Virus record (IMG/VR): IMGVR_UViG_3300030493_000012
Reading direction: 5' to 3' (one strand)
Source: a virus
DNA length: 64,000 nucleotides
Shown: positions 18,566-28,269 of the stretch, one piece after another
How positions within the stretch are numbered: the stretch's first letter is position 1
How the letters are laid out: each line of letters begins with the position of its first letter
Notes under the pieces: model-generated
The model's input: only the letters and a program-made list of their open reading frames with translations
The model's database searches: none
What the model was told of the DNA's origin: nothing
Program-made: the position numbers and the translations under genes

Positions 18566-21500
18566 TTACCAAGTTGCAAAAGCCGCTCTACCCCAAGCAT
18601 TTACGCCCGTGCAGCAATATAAGAAGCCGCCGCTTACTGCTAATTGACCAACTGTACCCATCGTGTTATAAGCAGAAGGAACATTTCGATTAATTTCCAA
18701 GTGCATTGAGCCGCCAGTAATAAACACACCGGAATAAAAATTCAAATAACAGCTATCATCTCTGATTGATACCTTGTTTGTGGTTCGGCTATCTGCTAAA
18801 TAAGTTACTCCGTTATGTGAGACGGCAATAGAATTTCCTCTAATTAAAGCATTTGAGCCTGTAATTGAAGAGTTTGTGCCGTTTAATATTGTAACATATT
18901 CACCAGTCCCAATTAAATGAGCCAGACCATTAACAATGGTAGAATGATGGCCGGTTTGAATTACATTGTTTTGGCCATTAAGAATTGTATTATAAATTCT
19001 TGTTCCTTCTAGCGCGGTTGGTGAAATTTGGTTATTAGAGCCGTTCGGCACTGCTGAATGGTAAGCATTAACAACAGATAAATAACTAGAAACAGCATTA
19101 GAATAAACACCACTAATTAAATTAGTGCTACCAGCGCCGATAAAAGCGCCCATTGACAGAGCTTCGCTTGAAGCAATTTCATTTGAATCGCCACCGCAAA
19201 TAACTGATAATCCAGCTTGTGATATGGTGTTTCCATTGCCACCAAGAATTGATGCGTAATTTTCAGCCAAATCTTTAATTACATTACCATCACCGCCACC
19301 AATAACGCTATAAAGACAAGAGCCGCTAATTATATTGCTTCCGCCACCACCAATGAAGCTGTAATTCGAGCTAGAATTTATTAAATTAGTATCACCGCCG
19401 CCGATTACAGAATAAGTAGCTAATGCTGAATTACTTGCGCCACCTAATATTGCAGAATTTGATTCCACGCTATTGGTAAATCCGCCAGCAACAACTCCGT
19501 AATTTGGTGTCGCAGTATTGGCGGAAACTATATTTCCACCTCCACCGCCGATAAAACCATGATTTACACCAGTTTGTATTGAGTTTAATTGGCCACCGCA
19601 AACAACACCATGACTTCCACTAATTACGTTTCCTTGCCCTCCACCAATAAAACTATACGCACCTGTTATGTAATTAGCGCCACCACCTAAAATTCCGCCG
19701 TTATTGGAGCCAATCGTATTGGCCAAACCGCCACCAATAGTAGAATATTGCCCAAGAGTTATTTTATTGGTAAGACCACCAACAATAACTCCATAATTTG
19801 CCGTAATAGAATTTGTATTTCCATTGCCAACAAAAGAATATGTTCCTTTAATTGTATTACTTGCTCCACCAACAACGCTTGCAAAAGCGGCTAACGCTTT
19901 GTTCGTGCTTCCGCCAACCACAATTGTTGCATTGTTTGTTGCGTTTCCAGAAGCCAAATTGCTTTGACCGCCACCAACGAAAGAACCTATACCAGCAGCG
20001 ATATTGGCATTACCGCCACAAACTACAGAATAATAACTGTGAGCGTTATTATATCCAGTGATTAAGTTTGTATCGCCGCCACCAATGACGGAATGTGTAT
20101 TTGAAGCGCTTCCCATTTTGTTGGTTGCGCCACCGCCAATAAAACAGTAATTTGAACCTTGTCCGATATAGTTATTTTCACCGCAACCAATGATTGAAGA
20201 TATTCTATTAGTATTGATTGTATTTTGGTATCCGGCAACGATGCTTGAATAAATAGCTGAAACACCACCTTCTAACATATTACTTTTTCCAGCCAAAATC
20301 GAACCATAAGAGCCTGAAATTATATTGCCTTCACCAGCGCCAATGAATGATTTTGACGCCAAACTAGTAACTTTATTGTTCAAACCACCAACCACAACGC
20401 CATAATCATTAGTTACAGAATTGCCTTGTCCAGCACCAACAAAACAATAAGAAATAGTTGACGAACCACTTATAATGTTTGAATTGCCACCGCCAATAAA
20501 TCCATAACTAGAATTTCTTTCAACATTGTTTTCGCCAGCCACAATTGCGGACGAAATTCCAGAAGAAGAATTATTCTTACCAGCGCCGATAAACATAAAA
20601 ACGCCAGATTCGGCATTTTGATGACCGCCAATTAAAACAGAACCAGAAGAGGAATAAATTCGATTATTATAACCGCCACCTATAAAATTACCGGGATTTG
20701 AATCTGTTTCATCAGTCAAAAGATTTATAATTGAGTTAGTGCTGCCGCCACCAATCATTGATTGTTTAGATGTAACAGTATTATTATCACCGCAAACAAC
20801 TGATGTTTCAACGCCGCTGGCTATATTTGTATTTCCAGCGCCAATAAAGGAGTGGCCGCCAGCAGTATCATAAATAATGTTTGATTCGCCAGCTATAATA
20901 CAAGAATTATCACCAACTAAATAATTATCATAACCGCCACCAATCATTGACCTTGCTCCACTTACTCTGTTCTGAAACCCGCCAACAACTGTTGCGCTCG
21001 GCCCGTTGATTACAGTATTGGAATGTCCACCAACAATAGTACAATATTCTCCTTCTGTGATGGTATTAGAAAGACCGCCGCCAATAAATCCAAAATCATC
21101 CTTAATCTGATTTGTACTACCGCCAAGAATAGAAGAGTTAGTGTTTCCTACGATTTTATTTGATTGACCGCCTATAATTAATGAATAATCAGAGTCTCCA
21201 GAGATAAAATTAAGTCTTCCAGCGCCAATAATTGCATGGTCACTTAATGAAGAAATTCGATTTCCAGTTCCGCCTAAAATTACTGTATATGCGCCACTTA
21301 CATAATTATTTGAACCGGCTAAAATACCAGCAAATAATCCATTAGCCTCATTTACTTCATAATTGCCACCAATAATCTTTTGAGCTACCAAAGTTCCACT
21401 TCTGACAGCTAAATAACCACCTGTAACCAATAACCCGCCACTAAACACATGAAAACGAGCATAAGATTCACCTAAAGTTCCGCCAATAACTGGAGCATTA

Positions 21501-21649
21501 GAATTACTTAAGAAATCACCACTGTAAATACTTCCGAGAATATTGCCTTGTGAGATTTTATAATTTTGACCACCATCAACTACAGGATAAATTGTAGCGT
21601 CGGTGCTTACTCCTAATTCCGTTAAATTTGTAATTGAACTATCTGCCAT
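18566..21649 (-). CDS. Gly-rich repetitive tail fibre / beta-helical adhesin-like protein
   Basis: Dozens of (I/V)GGGxxNx(I/A) repeats; fibre-type C-terminus GTVGQLAVSGGFLYCCTGVNAWGRAAFATW. Confidence 0.75.
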   Translation of the reverse strand: MADSSITNLTELGVSTDATIYPVVDGGQNYKISQGNILGSIYSGDFLSNSNAPVIGGTLGESYARFHVFSGGLLVTGGYLAVRSGTLVAQKIIGGNYEVNEANGLFAGILAGSNNYVSGAYTVILGGTGNRISSLSDHAIIGAGRLNFISGDSDYSLIIGGQSNKIVGNTNSSILGGSTNQIKDDFGFIGGGLSNTITEGEYCTIVGGHSNTVINGPSATVVGGFQNRVSGARSMIGGGYDNYLVGDNSCIIAGESNIIYDTAGGHSFIGAGNTNIASGVETSVVCGDNNTVTSKQSMIGGGSTNSIINLLTDETDSNPGNFIGGGYNNRIYSSSGSVLIGGHQNAESGVFMFIGAGKNNSSSGISSAIVAGENNVERNSSYGFIGGGNSNIISGSSTISYCFVGAGQGNSVTNDYGVVVGGLNNKVTSLASKSFIGAGEGNIISGSYGSILAGKSNMLEGGVSAIYSSIVAGYQNTINTNRISSIIGCGENNYIGQGSNYCFIGGGATNKMGSASNTHSVIGGGDTNLITGYNNAHSYYSVVCGGNANIAAGIGSFVGGGQSNLASGNATNNATIVVGGSTNKALAAFASVVGGASNTIKGTYSFVGNGNTNSITANYGVIVGGLTNKITLGQYSTIGGGLANTIGSNNGGILGGGANYITGAYSFIGGGQGNVISGSHGVVCGGQLNSIQTGVNHGFIGGGGGNIVSANTATPNYGVVAGGFTNSVESNSAILGGASNSALATYSVIGGGDTNLINSSSNYSFIGGGGSNIISGSCLYSVIGGGDGNVIKDLAENYASILGGNGNTISQAGLSVICGGDSNEIASSEALSMGAFIGAGSTNLISGVYSNAVSSYLSVVNAYHSAVPNGSNNQISPTALEGTRIYNTILNGQNNVIQTGHHSTIVNGLAHLIGTGEYVTILNGTNSSITGSNALIRGNSIAVSHNGVTYLADSRTTNKVSIRDDSCYLNFYSGVFITGGSMHLEINRNVPSAYNTMGTVGQLAVSGGFLYCCTGVNAWGRAAFATW

Positions 21650-21682
21650 ATTATGCCTTATTCCTTGTGCTTAATTACACCG

Positions 21683-23098
21683 CTAATATAAAAGTTGGTA
21701 GTTATCGTACAACATAAACTTGCTTGAATTATCCTCTTGTAAAAGGTAATCTCCACTTTCTTGTGTCAAAAATCCTGCAAAAACTTGGTCAGAAAATCCT
21801 GTTGATGTATTCAAAAGTCCGCTAATAAACAAACCTTTAGAATAATCATCTAAATCAATTTCTGTAGCAAAGTTTAGTGTGGCCACCATATTTGAACCAA
21901 CCCCAACTGAAAAATCCGAAGATATAAATTTACAGCCTTTAATGTCGTATCTAACACCAATGCCTTCTTGATAATAAGTTGGATTTTCAAGCTTGATGGC
22001 CAAATCATAATATTCGTTCTTTTCATTAAGCCGAGCTAATGAGCCTGTCATTAATTCGTTAGCTAAAATTCCAAATGAACAAGTTACTGGAACTGGAAAC
22101 TTAATTGGCCTATCTGCTGGAAATCTATGCCCAATTTGATTAATTTCTTCTCTTGGCAAATTCAAATCTAACGTATATCCTTGAATTGCAAGGTTTTCAA
22201 TGTTTAACAGCAAATCTTTTGAGCTAGAATTATTAGAAGCAACTACTCCTGTGCCATTAATAGCATTTAAATCATGTCTTGGTCTTGAAGTTAAATCAAT
22301 TTTAATATCACCGGGCAATAAAAGCGGAACTAAACTCATTTTATTAACAGAAGGTATGGCAAAATGCATACCGCTGATACTTTCTGCTGTTTTATTGTTT
22401 ATCGCCGGAACGACACAGCCGCTTCCGCTTGATAGATATTCAACATTATAGCACGAAAATGAAACGCTAACTGCTGGAGCCGCACCAACCTCTCCTTTGG
22501 CAGAATAAGAGTTCAAATAACTATTTCCAAAGGCGAAAACGCCATAATTTGGACTATCTGGAGCTATTTGTTCTTGTCCGGTGCTAAAATTATTTAAATC
22601 ATAACCCTCTTGCCTTACCGCCACAAAGAAATTGCGACAATCTCGGTTTTTGAAAGGCCATCTGATTGGATTAATTTCTCTGTCTTCGGTTCTGTCTAAG
22701 AATCCGCTAATACAACACACACCATAATTATTGCTATAATAAGGAGCGTCATTTAAAAAAGGTTGTGCGTAATTGCAATAAAACCCAAGCCTTAATTCAT
22801 TCAAAATACCAGCCTGAACATAATCAAAACTCAAATTTACAGTTGGCGCAAAAATTGGCTGGCTATCTAAAGAAGCTTTTTTGCCTACAGCCTGTTGTGC
22901 AACTCTATTTGTTTGAATTGAATAGCCTACCGACTGAATTCTGTTGATTTCCTTTAATAGATTATAATTAGCGCCAGAACCATGAGAACTTGAAACCGAA
23001 TCGTTCAAAACTCCTAAATCATTAATAAAATGATAGCCAGTACAAGGTGCTGGCCCAGCAAATACTCCTAAAGTATTGTATATGATGCGATTACGCAT
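21683..23098 (-). CDS. Second tail-tube-like protein (paralog of 5579-6730)
   Basis: Start MRNRIIYNTLGVFAGPAPCTGYHF versus MARNRTIYQSEAVYVGPSPATGYHF; ATG overlaps the portal stop (TAATG). Confidence 0.7.
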   Translation of the reverse strand: MRNRIIYNTLGVFAGPAPCTGYHFINDLGVLNDSVSSSHGSGANYNLLKEINRIQSVGYSIQTNRVAQQAVGKKASLDSQPIFAPTVNLSFDYVQAGILNELRLGFYCNYAQPFLNDAPYYSNNYGVCCISGFLDRTEDREINPIRWPFKNRDCRNFFVAVRQEGYDLNNFSTGQEQIAPDSPNYGVFAFGNSYLNSYSAKGEVGAAPAVSVSFSCYNVEYLSSGSGCVVPAINNKTAESISGMHFAIPSVNKMSLVPLLLPGDIKIDLTSRPRHDLNAINGTGVVASNNSSSKDLLLNIENLAIQGYTLDLNLPREEINQIGHRFPADRPIKFPVPVTCSFGILANELMTGSLARLNEKNEYYDLAIKLENPTYYQEGIGVRYDIKGCKFISSDFSVGVGSNMVATLNFATEIDLDDYSKGLFISGLLNTSTGFSDQVFAGFLTQESGDYLLQEDNSSKFMLYDNYQLLY

Positions 23099-25134
23099 TA
23101 TTTTTTGCTCCAATAAAGGAGTGAGGCTGTATAATCATCTAATTGAAACTCATAAGCCAAACCTTGAATTTCTTTTACTCTGTCTGGATTTTTGTCCAAA
23201 GGTTTTTCAAGATATTCTGGCATTTTAGAGGCCCAGCTTTGAACTTCCTCGTTTGCAATAATGCAAGCGGCAATATCTTCTGCTACTTCGTTTTGTTCGT
23301 CACTTAATTTCTTTAATTTGAATTTTTTCTTTAAAGAAGTCTTAATTTCAGCCATTAACATATCGGCAGCTTTAATGTTATCAGTTAATTTTTTCAAACT
23401 GTATTCATCGCTGCCGCCCAAAGGCTTAATTTTCTTGGTTGTTTGAGGGGCTGGTGTGCCCGATGGCCTGCCATTCACCTTGGCAGAATCTTCTTCTTTC
23501 TTTACGCCGCCAATTAAAGGTTCATAGAATCCTTTGTCTTTATATTCAACAAATTTAGCCTGATTTTCCAAAGACTCTTCTGGATTTGGTAATTTGTAAG
23601 TGTTTATGGCTTCGATAGTTTCGGATGGCGTTAAAATACCAATTTCGGCTAGACGAGTATAAATACGCGCATAATCAATTTCATCTTTGAGCCTAATTTC
23701 TTGAAAATCTGGCTTTGGATAGGTTTTGAAGCCTAATTCTTTGCTAATTCTTTTAATTTCAGGAATCAAAAACTCGTCTTTGAAGATTTCTCTTGCTTGG
23801 CGCAGTCTTTCAACAAAGATTTCAACTGATATTGATTTATTGGAGTATTTTTCGCCACTTGTATTGCCGCTAATGATGTTATTTAGGCCAATAGCAATAT
23901 CTCTGTCCAACACTTCATACTTTTTGGGGTCTAAAATATCACCGATTTCAGGAATAACGAACTTTGCATCGGTAGTAAAATCAGCCACCAGAACACGACC
24001 AACACTTTGGTTTTCAAAGATTGTTTTTAGTGCTTCGATGTTTTTAGCGTTAACTGTATAGTCGCCATTTTTGCTTTCATAGCCAGTTTTGACCAAAAGA
24101 ACAACCTGTTGCATGGTTCGACAAATCTGAGCGTCCATGCGTTTCATTTCTTCTTTTCTATTAATGTCATCCAATACGCAATAACCTAAAGGCACAGCAA
24201 AAGGCTCATAATCCTGTTTATTATAGGCCACATAGTACAAATCCTTCTTACTTAAAGGCATTAAAATTGAAGTCGAAACCTTTTCTTTGATTTGTTTTTT
24301 TACTTCTGGCGCTAATGAGTCAAAAATTCGTTTGTCTTCATCTGTTTTAGCCTCACGAAGCCTTTGAACCTCATAATCAGTTAATTCTTTGTAAAGGACT
24401 GGTGCTAAAAAGGTCGTGGAGCCGCCCATTAAAATATCTGTGGGATTTAAGACAATGTATTTTGATGGAATGTTGTAAGTAGCTCCTTCTGAAAGACTTG
24501 CGCCATATTCTTTGGTTATTTCATTAACTGCATTATCATTAAGTTTGACATTCAGAGTATAGGTAAAAACATTACAAGACCTAAATAATTCACGGAAAAA
24601 CTGTCTTTGAAAGCCATTCATATTAATAGCTTTGAAATAACTATCAAAGAAATCGCGTGTTTTTTTGTTGCCTTTTGTCAGATAGATTGGCCCAGAGGCA
24701 AATTCGACCATCAAATCAATGATGTTTCGATAGATTGAGAAATTGTAATAGCATTTTTGGCACAGCAAAACAGCGTCTTTAATACTAACATAAGTATTGC
24801 CACCGTAATCACTTTTACTAAAAGGAGCAATGCCATCGGCGATATTTTGAAATCTATGTGCTGGCTCGGTAATTGCCGACTTGTTACCTCTCGTTGAGGC
24901 TTTTGTCATTTTAACGCCTTCAAACAAATCAACAGAAACAGGCTCGGTTCCTTGGTTTAGTTTAACTAACGGATTTGGCGCTGGTTGAGCCGCCAAAGCA
25001 ACTTGGACATCTCTTATAACCACTTTACCATCAACAACCTCGGCGTTTGGAATTTTACCAGCCTTGTAGTGCCTCCATGCTGTTGTAAAGGAAACTCCTT
25101 TTTCGTTTGCGTATTGACCCAAAGACTTGTTCAT
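23098..25134 (-). CDS. Portal protein with N-terminal HTH-like extension
   Basis: 678 aa next to terminase; CYYNFSIYRNIIDLM, PFAVPLGYCVLDDI portal-like segments. Confidence 0.75.
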   Translation of the reverse strand: MNKSLGQYANEKGVSFTTAWRHYKAGKIPNAEVVDGKVVIRDVQVALAAQPAPNPLVKLNQGTEPVSVDLFEGVKMTKASTRGNKSAITEPAHRFQNIADGIAPFSKSDYGGNTYVSIKDAVLLCQKCYYNFSIYRNIIDLMVEFASGPIYLTKGNKKTRDFFDSYFKAINMNGFQRQFFRELFRSCNVFTYTLNVKLNDNAVNEITKEYGASLSEGATYNIPSKYIVLNPTDILMGGSTTFLAPVLYKELTDYEVQRLREAKTDEDKRIFDSLAPEVKKQIKEKVSTSILMPLSKKDLYYVAYNKQDYEPFAVPLGYCVLDDINRKEEMKRMDAQICRTMQQVVLLVKTGYESKNGDYTVNAKNIEALKTIFENQSVGRVLVADFTTDAKFVIPEIGDILDPKKYEVLDRDIAIGLNNIISGNTSGEKYSNKSISVEIFVERLRQAREIFKDEFLIPEIKRISKELGFKTYPKPDFQEIRLKDEIDYARIYTRLAEIGILTPSETIEAINTYKLPNPEESLENQAKFVEYKDKGFYEPLIGGVKKEEDSAKVNGRPSGTPAPQTTKKIKPLGGSDEYSLKKLTDNIKAADMLMAEIKTSLKKKFKLKKLSDEQNEVAEDIAACIIANEEVQSWASKMPEYLEKPLDKNPDRVKEIQGLAYEFQLDDYTASLLYWSKK

Positions 25135-25240
25135 GCAAGTATTTACACTTAATTTTCACTTTTGAAAATTGAATTTTCATTTTCTGACTTTTGGTGTAAT
25201 GTTTAGTGGATAGATAAATAAACAATCATAACTAAAACTT

Positions 25241-25465
25241 ATGCCGTTGCCCTCTCCAAAAAAATCACAAAATAAAAAAAGTTTTCTCTCTTCGTGTATG
25301 GCTAATCCAACTATGAATCGCGAATTTTCTGACAATAAAAGGCGATACGCGGTATGTAACAGCCTCTGGGAGAAGCACTTAAAGAAAAACAGTGCCGAAG
25401 AATTAGATTTCGAAGAAGTAATGAAAGAAGAAGAGAAGTGTCCTGTCTGGATTATTGACAACTAA
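25241..25465 (+). CDS. Small conserved phage protein (MPLPSP...SCM...EFSD..RRYAVC type)
   Basis: Recognisable small phage family; own GTGTAA at 25194-25199. Confidence 0.6.
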   Translation: MPLPSPKKSQNKKSFLSSCMANPTMNREFSDNKRRYAVCNSLWEKHLKKNSAEELDFEEVMKEEEKCPVWIIDN

Positions 25466-26364
25466 AGTAAATTCTTAGAATAAGCTAGTTGTAAGTCAAT
25501 TTTGGTAATTTCGACTGTGGAAAGCAACTTCTGGATAATTCTGGCTGCTTCGCCTCTGTTGTGAACGAACAAAAATTGAACATTCGGAAAGCTTTGCACA
25601 CACTCTCTGACGTTATGAAAGATAAAATCTGGTGAAACCTTGGTTTTCGATTTTATCCAAGCTAATTCGTTGAAATTCAAGGCTACTTCAAATTTTTCCT
25701 CTATTAGCACAACCATTTGTTTGTTGGCAATTAAACTTCTTTGAAATTCTCTGGATAATCTGTCATAACCAGTTCCAAATGAGGAAATAAAATCAATTAA
25801 GGATTTTCGTTCTATAAAAAGCTCTTTAGCTTCGGAAGTATAATCTCCATAGTCTAATTTGCAAACTTCTGTTGGTAAAGCTAAATTTAACCCCTTCTGT
25901 TCGCGTGTATCGGTAATAATTTTGTCTAATTCAACAGTATGGAATCTAAAATCGTCATAATCATAAAATCTTTCCAACAAACCTAGCTCTTTACATAAAC
26001 CCAGATACTTTTGAGGAAATATTTTGTCATAATAAGCTATCGGAGGCAAATCATCTAGGCTTTTGATTTCAACATAAGATGGAACATAGACAATTTTGCC
26101 TTCATTTTTTCTCTGAATCAATAAGTTTCGACAATATTCCTGTTTTTTGTCTAAAGGCTGTAAATTAAGCCATTGCTTGAGGTTGGCTCGATTGATAAAG
26201 TCCTGCTTGAAGTATTGCTCCTGATTGCGAAAAGGAATAACCTCCTTGGTCAACAAATCAAAGCGTGGGCTATATTGATGAAAATAAGACTCTTGGCTTA
26301 GTTTATGTTCACGCCAGAAATGCTTGTTATCTTTAACTTCTTGGTTGCAAATTTGACAAATCAT
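25462..26364 (-). CDS. ERCC4/XPF-type nuclease with N-terminal zinc finger
   Basis: ITDTREQK...KLDYGDY...FIERKSLIDFISS; CQIC...HFWREH. Confidence 0.75.
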   Translation of the reverse strand: MICQICNQEVKDNKHFWREHKLSQESYFHQYSPRFDLLTKEVIPFRNQEQYFKQDFINRANLKQWLNLQPLDKKQEYCRNLLIQRKNEGKIVYVPSYVEIKSLDDLPPIAYYDKIFPQKYLGLCKELGLLERFYDYDDFRFHTVELDKIITDTREQKGLNLALPTEVCKLDYGDYTSEAKELFIERKSLIDFISSFGTGYDRLSREFQRSLIANKQMVVLIEEKFEVALNFNELAWIKSKTKVSPDFIFHNVRECVQSFPNVQFLFVHNRGEAARIIQKLLSTVEITKIDLQLAYSKNLL

Positions 26365-28266
26365 TTAGATTAAGGTTGGCGCAAACATTTCGGTCTTTTT
26401 AGCTTCTAGTTTAGTGAAAAACATATCAAAATATATCTTAGCCGCCCAATTAGCCATCAATAAACAAGTATAATTATCGCGCCTAGCTCTATTTACTGAT
26501 TTATCGCGTCTTAATTCTTGAGGCAAATCATATTGCAAAGTGCCTTGTGAAGTGGCTTTTACCTCAATAAGACCCAATTGAGCCTTGGTTTCGTCTATCC
26601 ATTCGTCTTGTTCATAAATCATTTCTGCCGTGGCTGAATTGTCGTCAATTTTTTCACCATTCTTATCTGTGTATTTAAAAGGTAATTTGACTTCAATATA
26701 ACGCTCAAACGCCTGCTTGTTAGCCTGACATTTTGAGCCAAACCATACTTTTTCAGCAGAAATTTGGTTATGGAGGCTTTCGTTCATGTGTCTAATTGAC
26801 ATAGAATGGAACTTTTGAGCATAAATGAAAGTTTTAGAGCTTTGATTATACTGATTTTTGGCTTTCTTAATTTCATCAATATAAGCGCGAGGCTCTTCTT
26901 CATCTAAATTAGCGTCAATAAAACCTAGCTTAATGTTTTTGTCTTTGGCAATAACAGATTCATTATAACCAGAAATAAACTCCGTACCAGAAGCATCAAT
27001 AGCACAGAATATGATATTAAACTGTGTTAGGAGGAAAGTAAAATAATCATAATGGTCTTTTAATTCACCACCCGCTCGACCATAAGTATGGACTAAGGTT
27101 ATTTTACGCTCATCAAAATTAACTAAATATACGCCCATCGCAAAAAAGTCCGATGATTTACTTGCTGAATAAGAAGGGTCAATTGTTAGAATATAGCTGG
27201 AATTTTTGTCACCAATAATTTGTGTAGTGGGAAAATTACCAACCTTAATCGTGCAATCTTGGAGTTTTTTGACATTGAAATAACTATCGCTGGCGTCTGA
27301 GAACAAAGCCTTGTATTCGCGCTTAAAATATTCAGAATTTTCGCCAATTGAAGTTTTAGCTGCTTCAATTTGAGTATAGTCCATGAATGAACCCTTTGGA
27401 ATCGCTTCATAGGACATCCTGATTGCAAAATAGCTAGGACGGTCTTTCTCGTCCTTTACTGCTGGAGGATTTTCAATGTTTTCAATGATTGATTGATATA
27501 ACTCATAAAGATATTCAAATTTATAAGAAGCAGAAGACAGAATGTGGTATTTGTTTTTTGGGAATGATATTCTATCGGCCTCAGTAATAACTCCAGCGGC
27601 AATAAGTTCATCTTCTCTGGCTCTAATCATTGATTCTTGACTGAAATCTTGTTTAGCTGTTAAGAATGGGCGAATTACTAATTCTTGAATATCTTTTGTA
27701 ATCAATAAACCTTCGTCCACGCATACGCACGATGCGCGTGTGCCGCGTAAGCCATCACCCCCGCTACCAGATGTTAAAGGCAAAGCAAACACTTCCGAAT
27801 TAGCCGGGCTTGGAATTTTGAGCCTAAAAATATCATTACCTTTTCTCAACGAGTCTGGAAAGCATTGTTTTAATAAAAAGTTCTCTTTATTGTTAATCCA
27901 CTTATCGCACTCTTCCAAAATAGCTCTTGAACGACGAAAGTTTGCAGAAATGATACAAAGCTTACTGTTAAAGTGAAAAATTGGATACAGTAAAGCAAAC
28001 ACGCTCAGCAAAAAAGATTTGCTCGAACCCCGCCCTGCTACAATAATGCCATTGTCTCTATATAACATCGCCTTCAAAATTAACTCTTGAATAGGCTCAA
28101 GTTTAATCTTAGTAAACAAATAAACCATGAAGCCTAAATTATATCTTAAGAATTTTGCCAAAGTAATTCTTGCCGTTACGTCATTCAAGGTTCCCGTTAA
28201 TTGCTTAACCTCTTCATTGAAATCTTTAACGCTTACAGTCTTTTGTGCTCCGGTGTACCAAGCCAT
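26365..28266 (-). CDS. terL: Terminase large subunit
   Basis: Walker A AGRGSSKS, Walker B CVCVDE, RNase H-like LTIDPS...SDF and C-terminal RRDNY. Confidence 0.9.
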   Translation of the reverse strand: MAWYTGAQKTVSVKDFNEEVKQLTGTLNDVTARITLAKFLRYNLGFMVYLFTKIKLEPIQELILKAMLYRDNGIIVAGRGSSKSFLLSVFALLYPIFHFNSKLCIISANFRRSRAILEECDKWINNKENFLLKQCFPDSLRKGNDIFRLKIPSPANSEVFALPLTSGSGGDGLRGTRASCVCVDEGLLITKDIQELVIRPFLTAKQDFSQESMIRAREDELIAAGVITEADRISFPKNKYHILSSASYKFEYLYELYQSIIENIENPPAVKDEKDRPSYFAIRMSYEAIPKGSFMDYTQIEAAKTSIGENSEYFKREYKALFSDASDSYFNVKKLQDCTIKVGNFPTTQIIGDKNSSYILTIDPSYSASKSSDFFAMGVYLVNFDERKITLVHTYGRAGGELKDHYDYFTFLLTQFNIIFCAIDASGTEFISGYNESVIAKDKNIKLGFIDANLDEEEPRAYIDEIKKAKNQYNQSSKTFIYAQKFHSMSIRHMNESLHNQISAEKVWFGSKCQANKQAFERYIEVKLPFKYTDKNGEKIDDNSATAEMIYEQDEWIDETKAQLGLIEVKATSQGTLQYDLPQELRRDKSVNRARRDNYTCLLMANWAAKIYFDMFFTKLEAKKTEMFAPTLI

Positions 28267-28269
28267 AAA

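Noticed and set aside
24990-25134. IS607 element at the portal start
   Set aside because: Only the HTH-like segment is present; no serine-recombinase core, TnpB or element ends.
23098-28266. Inteins or introns in portal or terminase
   Set aside because: Lengths are ordinary and no C/S...HN-C/S/T splice motifs or internal endonuclease domains are apparent.
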